Virus record (IMG/VR): IMGVR_UViG_3300013121_000025
Coordinates: 1 to 64,000 of that record
Source: a virus
Taxonomy: Duplodnaviria; Caudoviricetes
Reading direction: 5' to 3' (one strand)
DNA: 64,000 nucleotides
Shown here one piece after another: positions 35,907 to 45,392 of the stretch. The notes below the pieces were generated by a model, which was not told the origin of the DNA, ran no database searches, and saw only the letters and a list, made by a program, of their open reading frames with translations. Every line of letters begins with the position of its first letter. Positions within the stretch are counted from its first letter, which is position 1. The translations under genes and the position numbers were made by a program.

Positions 35907-38161
35907 ATTAAATCTTGCACCTCCATCGTTACTTTAGCTGCTAAATGAAAATCAGGACTATGACGCAATATTGTGCAATTATCATATGCTTCTCTTGCAC
36001 TCTTTTCTAATTCATCAGCATATTTAATAATTTCATCATATGTAAATTTACCATTTCTTATGTCTAATAATTCTTGAGCATCAGGACGTTTAACAAAAAC
36101 TTCTCCTGTCGTCAATGTTTCATTAGCCATCTTCATAAGTCTAATCAAATGACTTGCGTGTTTTGTATTTCCATGCAATCCTATATGCCCATTTCGTCTT
36201 GTAACTAATGTGTAATTAGGAACCATGAAACAAACAATTCGTTTATTTATAACCGGAATCTTTTTAACAGAAGAACTTCTAACGTGTCGACGTGTCTGAA
36301 TTGGTCTCATATTAATATGAATTTGATACATGTTATTATCTGAACTAAATTTTGTCATCAAAGGATAAGGACCATATAACGATGTTTCAAATCCACATAA
36401 AAATGCTAATCTTTGTACATCGTCGGCCAGCATTTTATTAATAGTATAGTACACATATGTATGTGTTTGATGGTCTTTTTTAGTACCATCACCTTGAATT
36501 AATGCAATTAATAAAGTAGTCATTTCGCGTTTGGTTAAAAAGAAGCACCATTCTGGCAATCGTTTATTCTTACTCAAATGTCCACAATCATTATATATAA
36601 ATTGTGACAATGTTCTTTTAAATACCCATCTTGTTTCGGGATGTTTTGCTATTCCGTTTGGATCATAAGTATATTCATTACATTGTATTTCTTTATTTAA
36701 AATTTGTTTATTAAGTGAACGAGATAGTTTTGATTGAGGTTTTGACTGACTAATCATCATGTGTTTAACCTTTCCATCAGGGTAAAAGTTCATTGTTCCA
36801 TCACTAACATACCAACCTATTAATTTAAGATAACTAAGTAAATCGATTTCTTCTAAAAGTTGTATATTAAATCCTTTCGGTAAAAGCTGTCTGTTTTTCT
36901 TAGGTTGAATTACATTTAGAGTATCAAACGTTTCTGATAACTCCGCAGCTCTCTCAAAACCCCATTTTCCTTCCTGTTTAGTAGCACGTGAATATGGTTT
37001 AACATACATATTATGATTCGATGTGACGAATGTGTCTACATGATAACCTGTTAAATGGTACATGTTTCCTGTGAATGTACTATCTATTCGTTCTGTGGGG
37101 AATTGATAAATTATATGATGGTTTTCATTAAATGTTGCTAATGTATCAGTGACTAACACATCGTCAAATTTTTTCCAACCATTATTTGTTAAAAATTCTG
37201 TATCATCAGAATAACAGTCATACCCATATTTTGCTTCTAAATCATGTCTTTTTTCGTTTCTGTTATTTCTCCACTTCCAATAATTATTATACTTCTCCAA
37301 GGCAGTTTTATATTCTGCTGAATTAAATTTAATCAAATATAAAGGTGACCCCAACCCTTCACCTTCGTTCTTTTCATACTTGGTATTTAAATTGTACATA
37401 TAATCAAAGGTTTGGTATCCTTCCACTCTATAAACACCATAGATGTCTCCACTATACGGAATCAATCGATAACCATCTTTGTAATCTTCTAAATCAAATG
37501 TAAACATCTTTTCAGTTGTAAAATTAAACAATAAAGATACAAAGTCGATCTGACGAGGACGTTTGTTCGATATTAAGGATAAGTTAATATCTTTAAAGAA
37601 TGCATCTTGATTTTTGGTCGTTATTCCTGTTTTCGGACGTTCTTTCCTGAGAATACCAGATGTGAATTCTTCATCGAAATTAGTTAACATCCATTCAGCT
37701 GTACATTTATTGGTTAAGTACAACTCACGTAAACGATCGATACCGTGTTGTTGCTGGGTTAACCATTTGTTATGGCCCATTATTCTTTTTAATTGAGAAT
37801 GAGCATAGCCTGTAGTAGTGAAGAAAATCTTTTTGGACAAAAAAGAATCTCTATGGCTACGTAGTAACTCATAGGCTGGTGTAGTAGACAAAATATCATC
37901 GGGATGAGTCCAAAGTAATTCAATAACGTTCGGATTGCAACCAAGAGTTAATTTCATATAATGGTTTAATTCGAAATATTTGGTATCTTCTGCGGATTCA
38001 TCTGACACTTCTCTCACAGGAAAAAATGGTGTTCGAATTTGCTCGGGACGAGCAACGAATATACCTCTAACATCTTCGTCAGATGTAGGAGTATTCGTTC
38101 CGTATGCATGGCTACCTGCTTTAGCTACCACTATGATATTTTCTAAATCTTGATTGTTCAT
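35891..38161 (-). CDS. Pol-beta superfamily nucleotidyltransferase (Nuc-transf/RlaP-like) containing an intein
   Basis: GSHAYGTNTPTSDEDVRGIF, NPNVIELL, GYD|TKHASHLIRL split by the intein. Confidence 0.88.
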   Translation of the reverse strand: MNNQDLENIIVVAKAGSHAYGTNTPTSDEDVRGIFVARPEQIRTPFFPVREVSDESAEDTKYFELNHYMKLTLGCNPNVIELLWTHPDDILSTTPAYELLRSHRDSFLSKKIFFTTTGYAHSQLKRIMGHNKWLTQQQHGIDRLRELYLTNKCTAEWMLTNFDEEFTSGILRKERPKTGITTKNQDAFFKDINLSLISNKRPRQIDFVSLLFNFTTEKMFTFDLEDYKDGYRLIPYSGDIYGVYRVEGYQTFDYMYNLNTKYEKNEGEGLGSPLYLIKFNSAEYKTALEKYNNYWKWRNNRNEKRHDLEAKYGYDCYSDDTEFLTNNGWKKFDDVLVTDTLATFNENHHIIYQFPTERIDSTFTGNMYHLTGYHVDTFVTSNHNMYVKPYSRATKQEGKWGFERAAELSETFDTLNVIQPKKNRQLLPKGFNIQLLEEIDLLSYLKLIGWYVSDGTMNFYPDGKVKHMMISQSKPQSKLSRSLNKQILNKEIQCNEYTYDPNGIAKHPETRWVFKRTLSQFIYNDCGHLSKNKRLPEWCFFLTKREMTTLLIALIQGDGTKKDHQTHTYVYYTINKMLADDVQRLAFLCGFETSLYGPYPLMTKFSSDNNMYQIHINMRPIQTRRHVRSSSVKKIPVINKRIVCFMVPNYTLVTRRNGHIGLHGNTKHASHLIRLMKMANETLTTGEVFVKRPDAQELLDIRNGKFTYDEIIKYADELEKSAREAYDNCTILRHSPDFHLAAKVTMEVQDLIWNNK
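36167..37216 (-). mobile_element. 350-aa intein with LAGLIDADG homing endonuclease
   Basis: N-terminal CYSDDTEFLTNNGWK, block B VTSNHNMY, LIGWYVSDG and LIALIQGDG, C-terminal VCFMVPNYTLVTRRNG...HGN followed by Thr. Confidence 0.9.
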
Positions 38162-38180
38162 ATTAACTCCAGATATAAGG

Positions 38181-38200
38181 AAGGGGTCTTTCGACCCCTT
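38181..38200 (-). terminator. Hairpin/terminator after groES
   Basis: AAGGGGTC-GAAA-GACCCCTT. Confidence 0.6.
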
Positions 38201-38208
38201 TTGATTTA

Positions 38209-38502
38209 TTACTGTACAATTCCCAGTATATGCTGAACCTTAAGTAGAATTCGTTTAGGATTATTACTATCATACGCGAAACCTGACTTGGAAGGGAACA
38301 GTACAACATCATTTACCTTTACCGGTAGTTCAGTCATATGTTCATCGTTGTCTCTGCGATAATAACCATCGCTTACTGCAATTACTTTTCCTTTTTGCAC
38401 AGGATGAGTTTTTTGTAATAGTTGGATCTTTCGATCAGATGTATCATCGACATCCATTTCTTCGACAATAAATTGATCATGTAGTGGCTTCAATTGTATC
38501 AT
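38209..38502 (-). CDS. groES: GroES co-chaperonin (second copy)
   Basis: LKPLHDQFIV, GKVIAVSDG, LPVKVNDVVLF, ILGIV. Confidence 0.85.
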   Translation of the reverse strand: MIQLKPLHDQFIVEEMDVDDTSDRKIQLLQKTHPVQKGKVIAVSDGYYRRDNDEHMTELPVKVNDVVLFPSKSGFAYDSNNPKRILLKVQHILGIVQ

Positions 38503-39586
38503 TTTTGCTCTCCGTTAATAATTCTGCAGCTTTCTCTGCACGTTGTTGTTTCATAGATGGTTTATTTTCCATTACTTCATCTGCATCTGAAATAACATTA
38601 ATGTAAGAATCTTCTTTGGAATCAATTGATTTCATAATTTTCTCTGCATGTTCTGCTATATCTTTTGAATACCAAGTATCATCTTCACCTGCAAGAGCAT
38701 ATCTTGATCCGCGTTTTTCGACAACCCCAAGAGCCACTGCTGTTTCGATCAAACCTGAATAAGGATCAATTCCTGTTTCATAAGGTACTTGAATTTCTAC
38801 TGTTTGGAAAGGTTTAGAGAAACGAGACTTGTAAGAATTACAACGCATTTCAATTCCTTCAAACTCTCCTGCCTTATCGCCTTTTAATCTTAATTTTGTT
38901 ACCAATAAGATTTGTGATAAGCTAAATTTCATACCATCGTTTACAATCCACACACCTTCACCGTTTTTGATATCTTGGTTACGATATACGTGTCCTGTAA
39001 CAGCCATTGTAACATTAAGTGTTTTAATGTCTTGTACAAACGACTTTAACATTGCTTTTAATTGTTTTGCTTGTTGCCCTTGGTCTCCTTTAATATCTCC
39101 GCTTTCATAATTTCCTAATTCTGTCTCAGTCATTAACATGTTGAGGGAATCGATTATGATTAATACTTTTGGAGCATTAACATCGGTACCATATTCAGCT
39201 TTATAGCCTTTCAAGAATGAGCTAACAATTTGTGAAACTTGTGGAATTGTTGTAACAGATTTGTACAAGTAATTTTGTTCTGTATTAACACCAATTTTTT
39301 GCATATATTCATCGTCAAGAGCATTTTCAGAATCGATTACAAGTACGAAACCACCGTCTTTTTGTGTTTCTCTTGCTAAATTTCCACAAATAAAACTTTT
39401 TCCTGAGCCCGATGGACCAACAATTCCAGTGATACGTCCTTGAGGGACACCACGAAATAATCCACCACCCATGATTTTATTAAGGACATAATTTCCGAAT
39501 GAATGCCAATAACGAGGTGGTAATGAGGATCCACCAACTCCTTCGATTTTTGCGACTTGTTTTTCAAAGTCCTTTAAGAATTTCAT
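38477..39586 (-). CDS. uvsX: RecA-like recombinase (UvsX)
   Basis: GPSGSGKS, IDSENA, IIIDSL, KGDQG; AAGGAG RBS before ATG 39586. Confidence 0.92.
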   Translation of the reverse strand: MKFLKDFEKQVAKIEGVGGSSLPPRYWHSFGNYVLNKIMGGGLFRGVPQGRITGIVGPSGSGKSFICGNLARETQKDGGFVLVIDSENALDDEYMQKIGVNTEQNYLYKSVTTIPQVSQIVSSFLKGYKAEYGTDVNAPKVLIIIDSLNMLMTETELGNYESGDIKGDQGQQAKQLKAMLKSFVQDIKTLNVTMAVTGHVYRNQDIKNGEGVWIVNDGMKFSLSQILLVTKLRLKGDKAGEFEGIEMRCNSYKSRFSKPFQTVEIQVPYETGIDPYSGLIETAVALGVVEKRGSRYALAGEDDTWYSKDIAEHAEKIMKSIDSKEDSYINVISDADEVMENKPSMKQQRAEKAAELLTESKNDTIEATT

Positions 39587-39605
39587 AACACACTCCTTCA
39601 AAAGG

Positions 39606-39628
39606 GAGGGCTAGCATTGCTAGCCCTC
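39606..39628 (-). terminator. Intrinsic terminator after the SSB gene
   Basis: GAGGGCTAGCA-t-TGCTAGCCCTC then CCTTTT on -. Confidence 0.7.
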
Positions 39629-39639
39629 TAACTTTCGAG

Positions 39640-40500
39640 TTAAACGCTACGTCTTGCGGCCATATCAGCCTTAACACGTGCGAGGATTGCTTCGCCGTCT
39701 TCGTCATCATCAGAAGCGGTGACATTTGAGGTTACGGATGCTTTTGCCATTACTGGTTCATCGCCATCGTCAGCAGCAGAGTTCGTATTACCTTCGCCAT
39801 CTTCATATGCTTCGCCGTTCATCTCAGCTTCTAACATTGCTGTGACTTTTACGAGGCCAGGATTCTTTGGAAGAATGGTTGTTAAATCAAACAACTCAAG
39901 ATTTGCAATAGTGTCATCATCTAACGCACGTTCACGTCTTGCAAATTTGCTCAACGAGTAGTTTGCATGCTCACCTTGCTTATCTTTGATGATTAAGAAA
40001 TCTGTACCATGCTTATAGTCGTATGGTACTTCATCTAATTCACCAGCTTTGAAAGATGCTTTAATGATTTTGTAAATTTGAGGTCCGAAAGCAAACAAGC
40101 GGATTTTTCCGACTGGGCTTTCTTCACCTTCTGCCACAGGCAATGGGCTCTCTACTACAATTCCTTGTGCAATATATTGCACAGAACGGTAATATTTTTT
40201 ACCATTAACTTCATCATTTACTTTGTAATAGTCACGAGATACTTTACAAATTGGGCACTTTTCACCATACATATCAAGGCATGGAATTTTGCGTTCTTGA
40301 CCATTGATTGTTAACTTATGAGTTTTCTTCTCGATAAGGAAACCATGTGGATTTGCTTCGTTCTTATCTGGCACGAAACGTACGACTGTTTGTTCATCGT
40401 TTTTCATATTCCAGAATGGGAAGTAGTTGTTTGGAAGTTTGACGAACTTCTCCGTTTTGTCGAATGCATTACGAAGTTGTTCCATTGTAAGATTAGTCAT
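39640..40500 (-). CDS. Single-stranded DNA-binding protein (T4 gp32-like)
   Basis: VRFVP, C..MYGEKCPIC, FGPQIYKII, GTDF.I.K...G..ANY..SKF, acidic tail. Confidence 0.88.
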   Translation of the reverse strand: MTNLTMEQLRNAFDKTEKFVKLPNNYFPFWNMKNDEQTVVRFVPDKNEANPHGFLIEKKTHKLTINGQERKIPCLDMYGEKCPICKVSRDYYKVNDEVNGKKYYRSVQYIAQGIVVESPLPVAEGEESPVGKIRLFAFGPQIYKIIKASFKAGELDEVPYDYKHGTDFLIIKDKQGEHANYSLSKFARRERALDDDTIANLELFDLTTILPKNPGLVKVTAMLEAEMNGEAYEDGEGNTNSAADDGDEPVMAKASVTSNVTASDDDEDGEAILARVKADMAARRSV

Positions 40501-40605
40501 ATTCAGTTCTCCTTTCAGTTTATCAGTTCAGTTAATATACTCAGTTCTTACTCTAAGTGATTAGTGTCTTTCGACTTCTTGTGATGGATTCTAATCAAAC
40601 CCATA

Positions 40606-41328
40606 TTAGTATTTAGTCTTCTTCCTCTTAAAGTTACCTTTCGGCATTTCACTGCCTATAAGTACTTGATTATATTGATCTTTATCAATTTGTGTATATT
40701 TAATCATATCATTTGATGGATCAAGATAACTGTGGTCGACTAATATATTCAATTCTTTGTCTGTAAGTTTTTCAAAAACATCGACGTACTTTATATCAAT
40801 AATCGTTCCTTTAAAACTACTGGTGTCGGAAAATTTTAATATTTTTTCTCTTTCTTCTTTTAACATAGTTTTAATCTTCTCAACCCCACTGGATTCCTTA
40901 ATATAAAAGACCACTTCAGGTAAATGCTTATTTGCGAAGATAGAAAATATATAAGCATTGTAATCCATTACTCTTGCAAAACGCTCATCACTATGCATCT
41001 TGTCAAATTTACCAACTAGATTACTATGATCAAGTCTATGGCCAGCACCTAATGCTCCTTTGAATCTAATGCTCTTAGAGTTCATGTAAACAGGAACAGA
41101 TAAATTAGTACTTTTTATTTCAATTGATTTACGATCAATACATTCAGCATCAACACCATGCAACCCAGGAACAGAAACGATTGTAGGTTCTATTGTTTGT
41201 TGTAGTACGAACACAGCTGAAGTTTCACGATATGCTAGGTTGTGAAATAAAGACCCATATTGATTATTATATCGTCTTTCGAGTTCGACGATGTGCCCCA
41301 TCAATTGTATTTGTTCGTATGAAATCAA
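40606..41328 (-). CDS. PD-(D/E)XK endonuclease, PvuII-like
   Basis: VPGLHGVDAECIDRKSIEIKSTN, YIFSIF and IDIKYV align by eye with PvuII motifs. Confidence 0.6.
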   Translation of the reverse strand: MISYEQIQLMGHIVELERRYNNQYGSLFHNLAYRETSAVFVLQQTIEPTIVSVPGLHGVDAECIDRKSIEIKSTNLSVPVYMNSKSIRFKGALGAGHRLDHSNLVGKFDKMHSDERFARVMDYNAYIFSIFANKHLPEVVFYIKESSGVEKIKTMLKEEREKILKFSDTSSFKGTIIDIKYVDVFEKLTDKELNILVDHSYLDPSNDMIKYTQIDKDQYNQVLIGSEMPKGNFKRKKTKY

Positions 41329-41333
41329 ATTAA

Positions 41334-41380
41334 AAACCGCTCTATTTTTATTATTTATTAAATCAAAAATAGAGCGGTTT
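41334..41380 (-). promoter_or_regulatory. 16-bp hairpin/terminator with a late promoter (AATAAATA) in its loop
   Basis: AAACCGCTCTATTTTT / AAAAATAGAGCGGTTT inverted repeat directly before the nuclease start. Confidence 0.65.
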
Positions 41381-41393
41381 AGGACTTTTAGAA

Positions 41394-41531
41394 TTATGGC
41401 AACCGAGATGCTGCTTCTTCTGGTGTTATATTAGTATTAAATAATAATTGTGTAAAAAACTCTGACGGAATTATTTTATTCTGCATAATGCATGCTTGTT
41501 CAAATTGTTCTTTCCATTGTTCAAATGTCAT
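41394..41531 (-). CDS. Small protein, 45 aa (not in ORF track)
   Basis: MTFEQWKEQFEQAC...TPEEAASRLP; GAGGA RBS. Confidence 0.55.
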   Translation of the reverse strand: MTFEQWKEQFEQACIMQNKIIPSEFFTQLLFNTNITPEEAASRLP

Positions 41532-41544
41532 ATAATTTCCTCAA

Positions 41545-44500
41545 TTAACTGTAGAAGTTAGGTGCTTTATTTTTGGTGGCAACGTTAGTGCTTTGATAAT
41601 GAATATCAACGAAATGTAAGAACGGATCAGCTGCTGTTACTGTTGCTGTCATGTCATTTGATACTAAGTGTGCACGACATAATATAATACCATCTACTTC
41701 TATATCAGTAGTGTTTAATTGTGTACCTGACCCTCCTACCACACTTAATTGAGTCTCGGCCATCATGTGTTGATATTGCGTGGTTGAAGCATTTTGTGTT
41801 ACTGTGCGTGTAACTGTTGCAGGGAATGCTGCTTGATCAAATCCTTTTGCATAAGTTGCTTCGAACCCCCACGTTACACTTCCTCCTGTAATGTCTGTAT
41901 CATTATGTGACCAATGAGCATGAATATAAACATCAGTCCCAGGAACATAATCGTGGGGAAGATGGAATGACACGTACACTTCGTCAGCAGCACCAAATTG
42001 ATATTGTTTAATTGCCCCTCGGTAAGTAGCAAGAGTAGGAGCATTACTTCCCCCCTCTTCACGTATAATCATTCCTGTTATATCTGCCCATCCAAATGTC
42101 GGAGCAGCAGGGTCTACTTTAATACCCGTGTTAACAGCCTTAGACACAACAAAGTTATCTTCAGCAGTAATTGTTCCAGCATCGAAATCACCATTAGAAT
42201 CTCTAAACACTAATGTGTTTGCAGTGTTTGCAGTATCGTTAGGATAAGTTATATCAACAGCCCATCCCGTAGTATTGTTAATAAATGTTGCTTCTATCAC
42301 AGCATAATCACTATTAACAACAATGTCTGCATTTGTTCCATTTAATGGCACTCCACCATGTCCTAGAGTGAATGCATTTGTCGAGAAAGTACCAGCTTTA
42401 TCAACAAATTTCAATTTCATAGGAGCATTATAAATTGAATATTGGGAATATGGTGTTGGAGAGTTGCCAGGATATGGTATGTTGCTCCCTAAAGAATAAG
42501 AATACACTGCTGAAGTAGTATCTATATCAAAAAGCAAATTACCAAACAAATCACGATTTAGTAAAATTGGACTTGCCGCAGAGCGAGTTCCCGCATGTAC
42601 AAGTTGCGTATATTTTAATACACCACTACTATTTTGACCATTTACATAACTATCGGTTTGTGTTTCGAATCCTTGGAAAGAAGTAGACTGTTCAATAATA
42701 TTAAGTGTTAATTTATTAAACAAATAATATTCACCGACACCAAGCTCTGAAGTTAACCCATTACCGATGATTGTTATTTCAGAAGAACCAGCTGCTAATC
42801 CTCCAATTGGAGCATAAATTCTATTTGTTTGTGTATTGTTAGATATTAATAAATTTTTATCAAAAGTTAAAATTAATTCTGGTTCAACATAAACAATACG
42901 ATTTTCAACACCTGTTCCTGACGTAGAAGCTTTTAATGTTACATTACTACCGATTTTCCAATGTACTGCAGTAACATCCGTGAAATCAAACACTCTACCA
43001 GAATATGATCCATGAACTGTACCACTACTTGTAATAATAACGTTTTCTAAGAAACACGGACCATCAAATACTACTGCATTGGATGATTGACCACTCGTTG
43101 CGTATTGAAAATCAAGAGTTGATTGAGTAGCACGATTACCTATAATTGATATGTTTTTCTCATTGACTAGATAAAGACCTGTCGTAGATGCTGTGGTAAT
43201 AGGAACAGTTACTGATGCCGATTGAACACGAATTGTGCCTGGAACTTTTGTTGTACCAAGATAATTGCTTAAAGCTGTATATGCTGCATGGAACGTAGTA
43301 AATGTTACAATATTATCAGCTGAACTGTCTACAATCATTACTTCTGTAATCATTGTTTTATCATTAACTTCGTCAATCGCTGCTTGAACATCTGTGGCTG
43401 TTAACCCTGATGAACCATTACTGTACGAAATTGCTGAAGCGTCATGCGCATCTGTAGTATCAGACAAGTGATTATCAAGATTTGCATCGATTTCATCAAT
43501 AGCCGCTTGTGCGTCTGTAGCAGTTAACCCTGATGTGCCGTTGCTATATACAACTTCACTAGCATTGATAGTGTCATTTTCTAAAGTCGACATGCGGGAG
43601 TCAAGTTCGTCGATTGCTCCTTGAACAGTTGTGGAAACGATAGAGGAATCAGGTGAAGCATAAGTAGGGTCATAGGAAATACTTGTTGCTGTTGAGAATC
43701 CAAGTTTTCTAAACGATTCTAATCCTGGTGTTATATTGTCAATTACTATGATATCATCAGTAGTTACATTAATACCATATGCTAATCCACTACCTACAAT
43801 ACGATATAAATCGTTTACTTGTGCATCAACCGGGAATGTTGAAGTAGGAGCAGTAACGTTTGTAGCAGGTAATGTATAATATCCATCAAAAGTAGCCTGT
43901 GCATTAGGGGAATATGTGGTATCATAAGAACTTCCGCCTGGCACTGTTACAGCATTTAAAGTTGCTGTCGAATCGAAAATGCCTGTCATATTTCCAGCAA
44001 CGTGTATGTTACCAGGATTTAATGCTGATATTGAGATAAGAGCGTAAAAGGGTTTTACTGATCTGCCGTTAAGAAAACCCGTGCCAATATTGTTTGTGTT
44101 ACTTTCGGTGATGCTTGTGTTTTCGGCTGACATTTGTACAAATGTACTGTTATTATCTGTACTACGAAAACCAACCGTTCCTGTTTGTTTACTTCCTGAC
44201 ACATCGATAAGATTAAACAATCCTGTTACTAATGAACTTGTTGTCCCTCCTAACGCTGTTCCTGTATCTGTCACGATTGCAGGAGTACTAGCAGCACTAT
44301 TATATATAGCATCATATGTTACAAATTGTTGTGCCCACAATATAGCTGTAATGAATTTAAAAGAGGTTGGTAAGGTTCCTGGAGAATTTAAAAATATTGA
44401 TTGGAATGCTGGAATCACTTCATTTGCTGCCACTTCAGAGTTAATAAAACCCGCAAGAGCCACTACATATGGATTGTGACCAGCCCCGAGGTTTAATGAC

Positions 44501-45048
44501 ATCATTCTATTAAATGTAGTGTCATATGTATCCGTTTCGTTAAAGATTACAACAGCACCAGCAAAAGGATCAGAGGAAGCAGAAATGTCTTCAGCAGTCA
44601 ACGTTCCAGTGTCAGCATCAAAACTTAGTACATTATACGAATCGGCAAATCCTTGTAGAGTCCAATCTCCTTTGATGCGACCCACGTTGTGTAGAGCCAA
44701 TTCGTCGATTGCGTCTTGTACGTTTGTTGCAGAAAGACCAGAATCAGGCGAAGGTAATGTTGGATCATACGAAACGTCGGAAGCACTATTAATAACAGGA
44801 CGTAATGCTAATTCATCGATCGCATCTTGTACGTTTGTAGCTACAACACCTGTGTCTGGTAAAGTATTTGGATCGAATGATACATCGGTAGCAGCATTAA
44901 CAACAGGACGTAATGCTAATTCATCAATTGCATCTTGTACGTTTGTAGATTCGATTCCGGAATCAGGACTTGTAGTTGGATCGAATGGAACTGAGCTTGC
45001 AGGAGCAGTTGATCCACGTAAGATTACATCTTCAATATTAATAGTCAC
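41545..45048 (-). CDS. Long tail fibre / virion adhesin-like protein
   Basis: 1167 aa, Thr/Ser/Asn-rich, six (N/D/T)VQxAIDE-type trimer-stalk repeats. Confidence 0.75.
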   Translation of the reverse strand: MTINIEDVILRGSTAPASSVPFDPTTSPDSGIESTNVQDAIDELALRPVVNAATDVSFDPNTLPDTGVVATNVQDAIDELALRPVINSASDVSYDPTLPSPDSGLSATNVQDAIDELALHNVGRIKGDWTLQGFADSYNVLSFDADTGTLTAEDISASSDPFAGAVVIFNETDTYDTTFNRMMSLNLGAGHNPYVVALAGFINSEVAANEVIPAFQSIFLNSPGTLPTSFKFITAILWAQQFVTYDAIYNSAASTPAIVTDTGTALGGTTSSLVTGLFNLIDVSGSKQTGTVGFRSTDNNSTFVQMSAENTSITESNTNNIGTGFLNGRSVKPFYALISISALNPGNIHVAGNMTGIFDSTATLNAVTVPGGSSYDTTYSPNAQATFDGYYTLPATNVTAPTSTFPVDAQVNDLYRIVGSGLAYGINVTTDDIIVIDNITPGLESFRKLGFSTATSISYDPTYASPDSSIVSTTVQGAIDELDSRMSTLENDTINASEVVYSNGTSGLTATDAQAAIDEIDANLDNHLSDTTDAHDASAISYSNGSSGLTATDVQAAIDEVNDKTMITEVMIVDSSADNIVTFTTFHAAYTALSNYLGTTKVPGTIRVQSASVTVPITTASTTGLYLVNEKNISIIGNRATQSTLDFQYATSGQSSNAVVFDGPCFLENVIITSSGTVHGSYSGRVFDFTDVTAVHWKIGSNVTLKASTSGTGVENRIVYVEPELILTFDKNLLISNNTQTNRIYAPIGGLAAGSSEITIIGNGLTSELGVGEYYLFNKLTLNIIEQSTSFQGFETQTDSYVNGQNSSGVLKYTQLVHAGTRSAASPILLNRDLFGNLLFDIDTTSAVYSYSLGSNIPYPGNSPTPYSQYSIYNAPMKLKFVDKAGTFSTNAFTLGHGGVPLNGTNADIVVNSDYAVIEATFINNTTGWAVDITYPNDTANTANTLVFRDSNGDFDAGTITAEDNFVVSKAVNTGIKVDPAAPTFGWADITGMIIREEGGSNAPTLATYRGAIKQYQFGAADEVYVSFHLPHDYVPGTDVYIHAHWSHNDTDITGGSVTWGFEATYAKGFDQAAFPATVTRTVTQNASTTQYQHMMAETQLSVVGGSGTQLNTTDIEVDGIILCRAHLVSNDMTATVTAADPFLHFVDIHYQSTNVATKNKAPNFYS

Positions 45049-45073
45049 AATATATTACTCCTTTTGTTTATAG

Positions 45074-45361
45074 TTAAGCATCTACTGCTGTACTAAATTC
45101 TGGTAATAGTTTAAGTGCATTATATACAAATGTATGAATATTAACATCTGTATTAGTATCATAATCTATTACATACGATTTATTACTAACTGGTGATTTA
45201 CCATCCAAAAAAGCTTGTTGAGATGCATACACATATAATGTAACATTTACTTTAAATGCATTAGATTTGACTACGCTTGCTACGTGACCAATTCTAATGT
45301 AAGTATCGTATGGTGTGTTAATACCTACGCTGTCTAACGTATTTGATTGAATAAATGCCAT
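45074..45361 (-). CDS. Small tail-module protein (possible fibre chaperone)
   Basis: YIRI..V, Y.ALK.LPEF..AVD; located between fibre genes. Confidence 0.6.
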   Translation of the reverse strand: MAFIQSNTLDSVGINTPYDTYIRIGHVASVVKSNAFKVNVTLYVYASQQAFLDGKSPVSNKSYVIDYDTNTDVNIHTFVYNALKLLPEFSTAVDA

Positions 45362-45392
45362 AATTGAACTCCTTTGTGTTGTATTTTAAAAA

